Notes: generated by a model from the letters alone, not told the origin. Counted from the stretch's first letter, positions 41,909-57,474 are shown. The stretch is DNA of 64,000 bases from Chrysomallon squamiferum (GCA_012295275.1 CM022675.1:10478001-10542000), one strand, 5' to 3'. Numbers and translations are program-made.

Positions 41909-42749
41909 GTACAGGACCCTTCCCATGTTATTACGTTTGAAAACGAAACAGTTGAATTTCATGTTCAGATATACAGCGAAGTCAGTCACCTGACACCAAA
42001 ACCATATCCTATAATTTGAATTAATGATGTAGAACAGCACTTAATAAACAGAATAGAAGATAAGTAGTAATATGCATTTATCAGTTCAGGATCGTTATTG
42101 CTCACACATAGATTAGTAAATCAGTACATTGGATTATCAATTGAGAATTATAATCGATATATAGATTAGTGAATCAGTATGCTAGACTGCCAGTTCAGAA
42201 TTACTATTGATTATATAGAAAATTAACAAGTTCCATAACCAATTTCATTTCGTAATCACTTCAGAAGTTTGTAAGTTAGCTAAACAGAATTTCAAACGAT
42301 TTCAACGTATTTGATGTGCCTACGCAGTCTTTGAACGTAACACAAATAACTTGTTATTGCAAGACAGCAGCGTGAAAGAAGACAAGTGATATATCTTTAT
42401 TCTTTTCATGCCCGAGATCACAAGGAAGAAGTAAATAATTATATATATATATATATATATATAGATATACACTTAACCTTTTTACCTGTTGTTATATTTG
42501 TGATACGACTCGTATGATTAAGGATAAAACGAACGGAAAAGAAACTCGAAACCAACAAGAATAAGTCTAATTTTTATTCTTATACTAGCAGCAATATGTC
42601 TTTTATCTAACCAGTCCTCAGCATAGATAACATTAACCACGATCTTTGTTATATCAGTAGTCGAGTTCTGTTTGGAACGGGAAATCGCGCTATGGTTGAA
42701 AATACGCATATAGTTAATAAAAGCAATGAGACTGTTCTGCACGCTAAGA

Positions 42750-43610
42750 GCTGAAATAGACCCGATAATACAGTTCAGCTGGAAGCTAGCTGCACCGCAG
42801 AGTCCGTCATCAATCATACGCTGACCTGTGGTCAGAAGACGCTGGACAAGTTCACGTCAGGGGTGTAACCAAGATGGCGGCCGTACGAACAGGCCTTGTG
42901 TGATGTTCGTTCGTAATCTACGTTCGCGTTGAAACAAAACACCCAGCAAGCCCGCTAACTGTTCGTTATAATGCAGACGCGCTCCGCAAAGCCAGCACGC
43001 TACAGTTCGCGCCAAATTACGTCTCATCTCCGAGCTTCTTTCGCGACGATGATGGACGACTTTCGTGTCACGGTACCTTTCCACTAATGGCGACTGGTCA
43101 ACGGTCGCCGGTCCCGGGGAATCCCACCCTCATTCTTCTGTTGTAAACTCCACCCGTCACCGCGTGATTTACGACCGCGGCGCGAGGAAATTACGAAAAT
43201 CAATTTTTATTCAAATCAGGAGGGAAATTCTATTGTAGCACGTGCGTCTCTGCTCGGCTTTTCTCCGACCGTAGATGCCTTTTAATTCTTTTTCTGACGG
43301 GGATTTTTTGAAAGAAGAAAAATGAGCAAGTTCGTTAAGACGAGAAAGGAGTAATCTGCATATTTTTATTATTGACGAAACGCGAAAAAAAAAAAAAAAA
43401 AAAAAGCAACACGATGCAAAATGGCGGCTGCCTTTGATGCCTCTTGCTCCGAATCCGGAAGTCGTGGACTATCTAGAAATAACTTTCTACACGGCTAATC
43501 TTCGGTTCGTTATCGGGGACTTTACGACGAAGAAGCAAATTGATCGGAGGGGGTGCGTTCAGACGTTTTAATAGACGAGAGTGATTTATAACCGTCTTCC
43601 GCTCTGTAAT
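42750..43610. promoter_or_regulatory. Intronic CpG-rich island with YY1/Pho consensus sites
   Basis: CAAGATGGCGGC (42870-42881), CAAAATGGCGGC (43417-43428), Pbx-Hox TGATTGATGA (minus, 42807-42816), TCF CCTTTGATG (43431-43439) and ETS CCGGAAGT (~43455). Confidence 0.55.
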
Positions 43611-43729
43611 ATTAAACAGAAGTTTTATTTTTGCGCGCTGTAATTTCAGAATTCCCGATGTAAACGAACACCATTGCAGAAAGCGAATGCTGAAAGTATT
43701 TCTGATTTTGCTGGTTAAATACTGATTGA

Positions 43730-44022
43730 GTAACGTTTAAATTTTCGCCAGTAATTAATTCAGAATATAAACTGAATACTGAAAATATATACACACACAA
43801 CCACAGACACACACACACAGACATACAGACACACACTCACACACAAATAAAATTGTTGAATACTCATATCTGAATATTTGTCACAAAATTATATTCAACT
43901 GCATATATATATATATTACCGCCATTAACTGACTCCTATTGTACATTCAGGAGTTGAAGAAATATATAAATATTTATATTAGTCTCAGTAAAAATTAGCA
44001 TTTTCGCCAGCAATTAAATAGA

Positions 44023-44053
<31 letters not shown>

Positions 44054-44260
44054 AAATGCAACTGACTTTATTGGTTAAAAATTTGTTAGAGTAATATTTA
44101 AATTTTCTCCACTAATTAATTCGGAATATAAAGTGAATACTGGACATAAGTATGTTTTCGCCAATAATTGATTCCTATTGCATATTCAGTAGCTGAAGAA
44201 AGATATATCTATTTAAATTTGCCTCACTAAGTATTTTAATTTTCGCAGGGTAATGATTGT
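43730..44260. repeat. Degenerate local duplication (core TTTTCGCCAGTAATTAA)
   Basis: 43736-43781 is similar to 44097-44142, and 43920-43968 is similar to 44159-44207. Confidence 0.7.
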
Positions 44261-46153
44261 TACTAAATATTCTCTATTTAAAATAAAATAAGTAAATAAA
44301 ATTTAATATAATGCCTCTTAAATCAATAACTGATTTCTATTTCGTAAATAAAAATAAATAACTAAATAAATAAATATTTTCAATGAACAACTGATTTTTG
44401 GCAGTAAAATATTGCATCTACATGTATTTTAAAATCAAATTTATTTATTTATTTATTTATTTATTTATTTGTTTGTTTGTTTGTTTATATATGCTTTTAT
44501 TGTAATTGCTATTATTATTGTTTTGTTGTTGTTGTCATTGTTGTTATTATTAATCTTTTGATGTTTGTTTTCTCTAGTAATATATTCGTATTATGTATTT
44601 ATTTTTAAATGAATATTTAATTCAGTAAAATAAACAAAACAAAAATAGAATAAAGATATCGTTTTCTATTTAATAAAACTAAAAAAAATAAATCAAATAA
44701 ATAATAATAAAAATAAAAAATAAAATAATAATATTAATAAAAAATAAAATAATAATATTAATAAAAAAATTATATCTATATATATATATATAAAATAAAA
44801 TTAGTCAGTTTCAATTTAATATTCATTTGATTTTTAGCTAGTCTTTAATTTCTCATTAGACATTGTGAAAGGAAAGGAGAAAGATTAATGAAAACATCGC
44901 CACAAAACATTTCATCACCAGTGTGACTCAGCATTTTTCTTTCATGATAATTTCGGATTTAATGATTTTTCAATTAGCAGCAAGGGACATTTTTTTTTTT
45001 TTTTTTTTTTTTTTTACACGTATCTTCTCTTACATAGGGAGGCATTTAATAATCCTTTCATTGATAAGTTGCGGAGCTCTGGCAGGAACGAGAAATAACT
45101 CAGTGGGAGTAGAACAGAACTTTTCGTTAAAATATAAAATAAAAAAATAAAATAAAATAACATGTATTGCATGTGGAAAACCCACCCCAAAAAACAACTG
45201 AATTATTATCAGATTTTGAAAACTTTAGAAGATAATGTTTACTTTTCATTATTGTAAAACACGAATCCTTTCATGACATTCAAGAAACGCAAAGATAATT
45301 TTAGTTATTTTAAAATGAGCTTCTACTAAATTCCGGAAAAAGTTATCGATAACATTTACATACTTTAATTTGATTAATGACTCACATGTAAAAAACAGAC
45401 GTCTCTTATACATAAAATCTGTACTGACTCTCGAAACAGACGAAGAGAGTAAAATCACACAGATGACGTCATAAAACAGATGACGTCATTTTATCACCGA
45501 TCTAATAGCGAATAAAATCATCTGAATAAGATCACATGATAAGATGTCCATCCAGCATCGACAAAATCTTCATCTTTATTTTGTGTTTCATTTTACGAAA
45601 ATTAAGAAAGAAGAAGAAGAAGAAAAAGAAGAAGAAGAAGAAGAAGAAGAAGGAAAAATAGAGTTCGTTTACATGTAGCTAATTACAAAAATAGTTACAC
45701 CGCGTTAACATATTTCGTTTCTGAAATCCGTAGACAAAAAAAGTTTTACTCCGTCGGTTCCCCGGGACCATTTCCCCAAAGACCCGAGTCATTTCTTGTT
45801 ACTGGAAGCATCTTTCACAGTTGAGAAAACAGAAAATCTCTCATTCATCTTCGGCAGTGACAGCCCACTTTTGTGAAGACAACCACGCAATTTGCAAATC
45901 CATAAACCACCAGTTCCAGCCCCCTTTTTTTTCTGTTTCTCTACACGATCTTTGACGAGTCGGGTTTGTTGGGTGACGTCTTAAATGTATGTTCGTATTT
46001 AAAAAAAAATATATAACATTTTCACCCCTTTATTAGATGAAATCTAAGAAATGAAAATGAATGATATTGTAATAATATGTTGTTTTCCGTTTAAATATTC
46101 ATTTCTCATTAGCCATGCTTAAAGATTTGTCTCACTGTCCCTGTCTTTTATTT

Positions 46154-46257
<104 letters not shown>

Positions 46258-46269
46258 TAGCTAGCGAGC

Positions 46270-47575
46270 TATGAACCATCTGAAACAATATTATAACAAT
46301 ATCCACAAATAAGCTCACTCTTTGCCATCACATCTCATTTTTATATCACTTTCTGTGAACCATCTCAATCAAATCCACTGTTAACAAAAATTCATCTCGC
46401 TACAGTGATCCGTGTTATCCATGAACCATCTCACTCTCGTGAGCACTCTTTTCATAAAAGTTTGTGTCTGAAAACCATTTGACATCTAAACTACGTGTTC
46501 ACTCTCTGTTGTTACAACACTATCTATGAACCATCTGATCCAGTAGCACTGCTCTCGGCTAATCTCTCAATACTCATTTGTTGTAGTATCTTTAAACCAT
46601 TTCACAAGACGAATTAACAACACACAAATATCTTGTTAATATTATCTATAATTCATCTCACAGTATGAATTAACTGCATACACACTTCTGAGATAATGAC
46701 AGTATTGAACCATATCACAGTGTGATAACTATTATAACACTATCTATGAATCATCTCAGGCAATGATCTTAACCGTACGACAACTCTCTTGTACAAACAT
46801 TATCTGTGAACCATCTCAGATGCAGACCTTAACTAACTCTCACTTGATATAACACTATCTATGAACTGTTTCACAGGAAGCTAACTACACCTTGATTGTC
46901 TTTCTTGTAAAACATCTGTGAACCATTTCACAGGATGACCTTAAATACAAACTGACTCTGTCTTGTAAAAAGCATTATATATAAACCATCTTCCCAAAAT
47001 GACCTTAACTGTATTACTAACTAACTTTTTTATAATGCTGTCTTTGAACCATTTCACAGGTTGATCTCAACTACACACAAAATCTCTCTTGTAAAAAACA
47101 TTATCTACAAACCATCTCACAGGATGACATTAAACAGACACTAATTCTGTCTTGTAAAAAAACAAAAACATTATCTATGAAGCATTTCCCACAGTGACCT
47201 TAACTATATGCTAACTCTCTTTTTTATAATATTATAAACCATTTCACAAGATGACCTTAACTCCACGTAAACACCCTCTTGTAAAAAATAACATTATCTA
47301 CGAATCATCCATCTCACATGATGATCTTAACAACATACAAAATCTCTCTTGTAAAAATAACAAACATTAATCTATGAAGCATCTTCCACAATTACCTAAA
47401 TTACATACTAACTCTCTTTCTTTAACCTTAACTTCTCACTTTCTGGTTAAAAAAAAAACAAAAAAAAAAAAAAAAAAACCCACAAAAAAAACATTACCTA
47501 TAAACCATCACTCAGGATGACCTTAACTACACACTAACTGTCTTGATATAACACTATCTATGAACCGCCTCACAG
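46270..47575. repeat. Degenerate ~60-bp minisatellite (~20 units) with a ~196-bp three-unit higher-order period
   Basis: Recurring unit ACATTATCTATGAACCATYTCACAGGATGACCTTAACTACAC..AACTCTCTTGTAAAAA. The variant with TTCC(C) recurs at 46981, 47177 and 47374. Confidence 0.85.
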
Positions 47576-49572
47576 TATCAGTTGTTAAAAAAGAGATTGT
47601 CTGCACGCAGAGGCGATGACAGACCAATATTCTAGTAGTCACTGTGTCGAAGAAAAGCTCTCTTTGATATCATATCGCACTACTAAATAGAAAATTCCTC
47701 AAAGTGTGAACACAAACAAACACACAACAATAGCAACATTCTTCAATGCTTCTGTCACGCTGCTATTTGTACGGGAAGAAGAAGAAGAAGAAGAAGAAGA
47801 AGAAAAGTAATTACTTTTGGGGTTTTCCCAAGTGAGGATATGATAGTGGTGAGTTTCAGCTCTTTATAAGTAACGATAAATAAGAGTATCTGTCTGTTTA
47901 GACAGACAGCTAAAGACAAGGATGGAAAGATAGGCATACAGAAAGCTAGAGAGATTGAAAGATGGATAAATAAGGACACCGATAGGAAAAGAGATGGACA
48001 GAGAGATGACATATATATGTTGTACTGATAAATAAAGCAAAAGCCAAGAAAATGAAAAAAAGATGTAAGGTGAACAGGAATTTGATTATTTTTATTCCCT
48101 TTTACGGATGACAGACAGGTTTCAGTATATTTATATAAAACCTGTTGATTTTTTTAATCACAATATATAAAGTATCAGAATAATAATAAATGAATGACTG
48201 AATGAATGATCAAATGAATATAAATATTTTAAATGACTGAATATATAACTGACTGAATGAATAAAACATAGTATGAATAAACAGAAGAAAGAATTAATTC
48301 TTGTTTAATTATATGTGAATAGATTTTTGGAAATTAAACTCACGTTAAACATACAATAAAGTAATGATAATAAAAGTTATAGACGAAAGTATTTGGAAGT
48401 GAAATAATAACTAAGGAAAATAAAGGAAGGAAGAGGTTACAGACAGAGAAAGAAAGAACAACAGAACAGTAACAGATAGTAAGATGAGAAAAAAAAATAA
48501 CAGAAAGACAGAACGAAAGAAATAAACAACAACAACAACAAAAATAATAATAAAACATAAAACATCTTTTTAAAAAATTTAAGACAAGAATAAAGAAGAA
48601 AAAAAATTCAATGTATGACATACAATGCATGAAAAGAATAGGTTATTGTTTGTAAACTGTGAAATGTCTAGCTTCAGTAGGTATGATACTCCCTGAAGGC
48701 CGGATACAAATACTCTCACATTAAATATTCAAGAATTTCTAACGGGAAAACAGAACTGAAAAACGAGAACTGTGTTCTGTGTGCTGTTTTACATTAAAAT
48801 GCCCGGGTCAGGTTTAAACAGTAAATATAACTACAGACGAGATAAACAAAGAGACAGACAGACAGATAGACAAATACGTAAGTATATAAATAAATCATTA
48901 TAAATACAAACAAACCAAAAAATAAATACATTATTAATTTTTTAAATTTCTACCTAAATAAAAAAATAAAAAACATAAAATAAACAAAATTAAAATTAAA
49001 ATTAAAATTAAAATAAAATAAAATAAAATAAAATAAACATGTTTCTTCTGACAGTCAACACACACAAAAACAAAATCACTCGTAACCAAAATAAATTCGT
49101 TTTAAATCGCTCTCAAAAACTACTTGTCCTCAACAAACCAAATTAGGCTATAAAGTATTTTATTTTTTTTTTAATTTTTTTTTCTTCATAAGAACAGGAA
49201 TCGAGAAACGCTAGGGACACGAAAATCTGCCCGACACGACCCCCCCTCCAACACCGAAGAACAAACGAGAATCCAAGAGTCATCTATCTCTTTCGACATT
49301 TCCGTCTCTCTTGAAAATTACCCTTATTTTGCAACAAATTCATGATAAATGGTTTTCTCAGTGCTATTTTGGCTGCCTCGAACGAGTTTTCGAACGTGTC
49401 AAAATAACGTGTATTTTGTAACGGCTTCGGTGCAGAAGCGAACTCTAAGAAGGTAATTAATAAATTGCATGTGATAGGTATACATCAGAAGTTTAATTTC
49501 GTTGTCTTGTTCTTAAGAGGTAGCAGATGGTTAATTAAGGCTGAAGATGAGGTGTGTTTGAGATAGATAGAC

Positions 49573-49673
<101 letters not shown>

Positions 49674-49872
49674 AAGAAAGAGAGAGAGTATAACAAAAGC
49701 GAAGAAAGAATAACCTTACCGAAGATAATTATGAGAAAGAGGCGAAGTCTGCCGAGTGAATCAACAAACAGTGCCATTGTGACGTTATTAGATTGTGACG
49801 TCATGAAATTTGACGCCACTTTTAACAAAGCTAATATTAAATCTTAAAAATTCTTCTTCTTCTTCTTCTTCT

Positions 49873-49930
<58 letters not shown>

Positions 49931-50327
49931 CTGGGAAAACGTAAATATTATCCTGTATTATGTGTCCTATCACATATACCAGATATAAACTCCTTGGACG
50001 TCAACGAATAGACCATGACGTCATTACAACAAATATGCTTGTAGTGAGTTTCGTGTTGTCGCAACGAAGATGACGTCACACACGTCATGTTGACCGGAAC
50101 TGACACTATGTTTAAGCGTCTCGCTTGAAATTCCACTTTTTTTTTTTTTGGTTTCTCTTTCTTTTCTTCTGTATAATGTATTGTTGGGATGACGTGAAGC
50201 GACAGGTATACGGCGTTACGCCAGTTCGGAAACCAGTGTATCTGAACGAACTGGAACCTCGGTTTGAAACAAAATAGCTTTACGGGTTGTTCCAGAAAAT
50301 ATCTTAGGTCAGTTACCATGACAAGGG

Positions 50328-50371
<44 letters not shown>

Positions 50372-50686
50372 ACAGAAAAGAAGAAGATGAATAAATAAAA
50401 AAAGGAAGAGAGAAAGACAAAAAAAAAAATAATAATTGAAAATGAATAAACAGCAAAGGATAATTTCATTGGCATAATGTATAAAGAAAGAACAAGCAGG
50501 AAATTTAGATGTTAAAATTAGAAATGAAGAAATAAAATAATTACATTATTTGTAACATGATAATATACTTTTGTAGTGAAAGAACAAAAAAAAAAAAAAA
50601 AAAAAAAAAACCAGATGTATTTACTTTCCAAAATAATTAGTTCGTTAATTTGTTTTAGAGCTGAATTTAGAAACACGCACATATAT

Positions 50687-50785
<99 letters not shown>

Positions 50786-53700
50786 ATTTTTATTACAAAT
50801 GTTTTGATGATATTATTATTATTATTATTATTATTATTAAAACTAATTTATAGATATCGATTTTTATTTTACTAGCTTTTATAATTAAATGCATATTTTA
50901 CAGAAGTAAATATGCATAAATTACTCTTTATCATTATGCAGAAAATTATGATGATTTTATTCGGGGAATAAATTAAATAAATGATGAAGCGAAAAATGTT
51001 TTGTACTTTTGTTTATTGACACTATCAACACAAAATACATAGACAACGATTTTTTTTTTTTTTATTAATTTTTTTTTTAATTCTCATTTTTTTTTTATTA
51101 TGTGAAGAAAATTGTTTCAAATAGTACGAAAATAATAATAATAATAACGATGATGTTGATAATGATGATGATGATGATGATGATAATAATAACAGTAAAA
51201 AATAATAACAATAAACAACAATAACAAAATAATACTGTTAATATAGATAATAATAATCATATTATGTATCTGTCTGTCTGTATGTGTGTGTGTGTGTGTA
51301 TACATATATATATATATACATGTATGTGTGAGTGTGTGTGTGCATATATATATATGTATATATACATACATACACACATACATAGACACACACGTACATA
51401 TATATATATATATAATAATAATGATTATATGTGTATTTCTGTCAATCAGTTTATCTCTCTATTTCTATATCTGATTTCTACATACATTCTAAATGTATAA
51501 TTTGTAATTAATATAACTATGTCTTACAATTCCACATATTATATCTTCTGTATATATATTAATAATATTCCTCATATATTTATTTATATGATCAGACTTC
51601 ATTGAAACATCTGCGTGGTTCTCTCAGTCTTCCTACCATGTTTCAGTGCATTTACCTTGTAGTGGCCCTGTCACTAATGCACGCGAGAACCGGGTAGGTT
51701 TCGGGGTACCTGGGAGTTATAAGGGTCTGGGTAAACAATCGCTTGTCTCTCTTTATTTTTCAGCATTGTTCGCGGCAAACGTTGAGAATTAAGAGATTAG
51801 CTAAGTTAACAAACTGCTGTAATAATGAAAGGGTACGAAACGATCGTTTTGACTTACACACTTCACAAAGATAACGCTTTAAGTTGGGTGTCTGGGGTGT
51901 GTGGGTAATGTATTCAGCATGTTTATGTGAGGGTTTTATTGAGAAATGGCCGATGTTGGAAAATCTATAGATCTTCGCCAGGTATTTCTGTTTGAGATTG
52001 GATATAATAGTTAGTAATCAAAATGTTGTTTTGTGATGAAACAGATGAATTTTAAAAAAGAGAGGGGTGAATTAAGAATTAGAGAAAGAAGGAAGGAAAT
52101 GAAAAAACAAATAAAGAAAATTGAAAAGAAAATATTAATTTTGGTGCAATATTGGTTGTCAAACTGTTGTTTACAAAACATGAATGAAAGAAAGGAGATA
52201 TAAAGAAAGAAGGGATAAAAGAAAAAGAGATAACGAATGAAACTTAAAGAAAGAAAGAAGAAAATTAAAAATAAAAATGTATAAATAAAAAAGAAAGAAA
52301 GAAAGAAGAAATGAAAATTAAGATCATCAAAACGAAAAATATAGAATAGAATAGAATACAATACAATAGAATACAATAAATAAATAAAACAACAACAACA
52401 AAAGAATATTTAACAAATTTCAATATTTGCATCCCATCCCGCTACCCGCTCCTTCCTTCCTTCCTTCCTTCATTCATTCTTTCTTTCTTTCTGTCAAAAA
52501 AATAAATTAAATTTATGGCGCCTGGGGGGCTTAGAGTTCAATATTTACCAGATTAGTCCTAAACCTCATCATTTAAATAACACCATGCAGCTTTAATCTG
52601 CTCTTGAATTCTGACCTTCTTTTCTCGCGCAGCTCCACCCATTTCCATTTAAAACACGAGTAACAGCTTCACGAACAACCCTGCCCCCTCACTTCGCTAC
52701 AGTGTCTCCATTTCAACATGGATTTAAAACGATCATCATTATTTTTTTTTTTATTATTATTATTATTTTTACTCTCTGCTGTCTTTTGTTGTTTTATAAA
52801 CACTTGCCAAAAAACGCATCGTTTTGATATTCATTGTCGTTTATCCTCGAAAAAAAAAAAAAAAAAAAAATGACGGGTGGTGTTTTTTTTTAAAAATTAA
52901 AACAAAAAAAACACCTTGCTTGTCACATAAAGGCTCGGAATCGAAGAGCTTATCCGACCGTCCAAAACATTTATAGCAATTAACTCGGAGAAAGGGGAGT
53001 GGGGTGGGTGGTGTCATTATGGGCTTGTCTGCCTCAGTGGGGGATAATGAGGCTGGTGCTGGAAAGATCCCTACCCTGTTTGTGTCGTCGACACGAGGAA
53101 AAAAAAAATTCAAAAAAAAAAAAAAAAAAATCTCCGGGAACAAATTGGTAATTTTACAGGACGCGGTGTTCCATTGTCGAGTGATTTATTGACTGTTTCG
53201 TATCTGACGTCCTTCACGATGGGGTTGAAGTGTGTCGCTATAATACGACGTCAACCACTGCAGCTACGGTTATTACACGTTTCGCTGGTTCTGCTGTTAC
53301 TACAACAACTACAACTTCTGAAAATATCACACAGACTGCCATTATTATGACTTTACTGCTCTTACTTATACAAGCGTATAACATCAACAGCTACTGTAAT
53401 CCATGATACTGTTTTCTTCAACAGTGATTAATACTAGTACTTCTGTTATTACAACAGCTACCTCTGCTGCTGCAACTACCACTACTTCTGCTACTACAGC
53501 TACTGTTATTACTATACAGAGACATACACTTAAACCCGTGCTTCAGTCCATACATCCATACATAATTACAGACATACTCACATAATAACAGACATACTCA
53601 CATAATAACAGTAAAAGTCCATAGTTATATATTCACACACACACACACACACACAAAACAGACACACTTACACACATAAACACACACACAAGTACTCAAA

Positions 53701-54338
53701 CGCACACACACACATACACACACACACACACATATATACACATACACATTCATGCATACATTGTCAGAACAAATAATCATATTTTAAAATTAGACATTAT
53801 TATTGTACTAATATGAGGAACATTTATGAAACATACACTCACATACTTTTGCATTAATGATGATATTTAAATTTTAACTTTTATTTATAATTAATGTACG
53901 TTTTCAAATTTTAAATTATTTTTATTGTCATCATTAATATCGTTATCAGTTTTTCATCATTAGTTCAAAATGTATATATTTATTGTTATAATTCTATTTG
54001 TACAAAATTCGAGTATAGTACAAAAGAAAAAGTCCTAATATATAAATTAAATGTGCATGTTTTGATTTGTCGATAACTTACATTGTCATTATGATGATAG
54101 TAATAATAAATATACACACATACTTACACATCATATGTACACACACACACACACACACATATATATAGATATATATATATACATACATATACATATACAA
54201 ATATAATATAATATACTAACACACATATATGTATGTACTCACACACACTCACATATATATACACAAACACATATACATATACACACATACACATATACAT
54301 ACACATATACACATACATACTTAAATACACACACACAA

Positions 54339-54369
<31 letters not shown>

Positions 54370-54500
54370 CATATACACACACATTTACGTCGGTACAGTA
54401 GAAGCAAATTAGAAAGCATTTGACATTACGCATTGTTAAACATAAGTTTAGTTTAAAAATAATATAACTAACTAAACAAACAAACAAACAAACAAACACG

Positions 54501-54547
<47 letters not shown>

Positions 54548-55242
54548 AATTTAGGATAATCGAAACCCAGATGTTATTTGCAAAGCAAATATTATTAATA
54601 TTTTTAATTTTTTTATTCATAATGAGAAACTGATATGCTTCATATAATTATCATATTACTATGCTCTTTTTATTGTTATTTAGATGTTTTGTTGCTATTT
54701 TCATTTTTAATTAGAATGAATAATTTATAGGTGATTTTTTTTTCTCTTAGTTTATATTTATGTAAAACTAATAAAAAGGTTTATTACAATGTTCAGTTGA
54801 AAAATAAAAGTTGGTTAAAGTACACTAATAAAACGGTAAAAAGTCACTTAGATAGCAAAAAAACATAACTGAAACAAAGTAGAATTGAATAAAATGAAAT
54901 AAATTAAAATAATAATAAAATAAGATAAAATAAAATAATAATAATAATAATAAAAAATATAATTAAATTAAAACAAAATAAATTAAATAATAAAAAATAT
55001 AAATATATAAATAAATAAATAAATAAATAAATAAAATTAAAAATAAAAAATAAAAATAAAAATAATTACAAAAATAATTTAAAATAATAAAAATAAATTC
55101 GAAATAATAAAAACATTCAACTAAAAATTAAAACATTATTAGTATATTTTTTTTGTTGATATTTTGTATGACTATATATTCAAAATCTTATCATTACAAT
55201 AATTAAAGTTTTAAAATTGAATTTTTTTCAAATTGTTTTTCA

Positions 55243-55298
<56 letters not shown>

Positions 55299-55925
55299 TA
55301 TTGTTGTTGTTGTTTTTGTTGTCGTCTTTATTATATATTACACATTCTCGGATACTTTTTTTTAAAAATATATATTTTTTAAAGTTTATACATTTAACTT
55401 GTACATAATTAATCTGTTCTTTTATTGTATATTTTATTTTTGCATGAAATTACAATAATAAACAAACATTTTTGAAATTAAAGAAAAATTAATAATTGCA
55501 TTGATGGTGTTAATAAATCAGAAAATAATTTTTGACTACGTACATTAATATTAAATAATTTTTAAAAACCAATTATTAATATTTTTAATGCAAAAATATG
55601 TGAATGTGTATTTCATAAATTTTTGCTATAAATAATAATAATTACAATTAAAAAAAAAAAATCAGAGTAATAATAAATTATCAGCATTTACTTATATAAC
55701 CGTTAGAAAAAAAGATCAACATCAACAACAAACAGACCAGCATATGTATATATGTATGTCTGTGTGATTGTATATATGTACGAAAGGATGTTTGTATGTT
55801 GTATACTTGTATATATACGTATATGTGGGTGTGTATTTGTGTATGTATATGCATGTATATGTTTAACTCTATGTAACTGTCTGTCTGTCTCTCTGTAAGT
55901 CTGTCTATACATCCATCTATGTATG

Positions 55926-55959
<34 letters not shown>

Positions 55960-55979
55960 TCTATCTATCTATCTATCTA

Positions 55980-56034
<55 letters not shown>

Positions 56035-56644
56035 TCTACCTATTTGAATACGATACACGTATATGTCTACATAAGTATGTTTCTGTTTAAAGTTATATAT
56101 GCAACTAGAAACTAAACGTTTCTTTACCAGGATATAATTTTATATACGTCTGTGCTGTGACTAGATTCGCAATTAACACACCTGCAATTAATTATCTATG
56201 ATAATACTTATATACATATTAACTTAAAGTTAATCAACCAGGGCACGATCATTTGACATCAGTGCTTTCTCTGGGGCAAAAACGGTTTTATAATTTAGAT
56301 TATTTTCTAATAATAATAAATGTAAACACAACCACACACCCTACACACACACACAAACACACACACACACATCACATACACACAAATAATACAGATATCC
56401 TTGATTTCAAACAAGTTAAATGATTTGATTTACAAAATCAAAAAATTTAGAAAAGATAATAAGGAATAAATCTTCAGTGAAAAGAAATGTGTAAATGTAT
56501 CATTTATTACTGGTGAATTTACTTTTGATGATGAATCTTTGAAAAGTCATGTGTTGATTTTATGATTGTACAGGCCCTTTAAGAATTAATTATTGTCCAA
56601 ATTAAAATAATCTTTTTTTATCAGAAGATGTAATAAACTTAGAA

Positions 56645-56747
<103 letters not shown>

Positions 56748-56859
56748 GTAATAATAATAATAATAAAGATAATAGTAGTAATAGTAAAAATAATAATAGT
56801 AACAATAATGATAAAAAATAATGTTAACAAACAAATACTTTACTAATAATAACAATAAC

Positions 56860-56928
<69 letters not shown>

Positions 56929-57412
56929 CTTCAGATTTCAATTTCTATCACCCGACAATAAAATATCTCATTTTATTAACCTTGTATAAAATACTAGAAA
57001 TATACCACTCAACAGTAACATTTTAAAACATAATTAAATCTCAAAGTGATACTCCACACTCTAGCGATATTTTAAAATACGTCACAACAGTAAAACGAAA
57101 TTCAACAGTTTCAAACGGTTTTATCATTATATATATAACAATAATCAAATTTTCCTATCCTGTGGATTGCTAATATAATTACAGACCTGTATTTGTAAAT
57201 GTGAAAATGTATAATAAAGAATGTTATCTGAGTGAGGAATTTTAAAAACGTGAAAGATCCGTATAATTATTATAGCGAAGTAAACAAAATATACAAGGAA
57301 TAATTTTCATGTGGGGATAATAATATAAACATTGGGGTAATTTTCTCAGTAATCATTGTCTTAAAATATAACGGGAAGAAAGGAAATAAAGGAACATAAC
57401 ATATATGATTAA

Positions 57413-57474
<62 letters not shown>

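Noticed and set aside
46270-47575. CRISPR-like appearance of the ~60-bp array
   Set aside because: Eukaryotic context, whole units are homologous (no unique spacers), repeats are degenerate and there are no cas genes.
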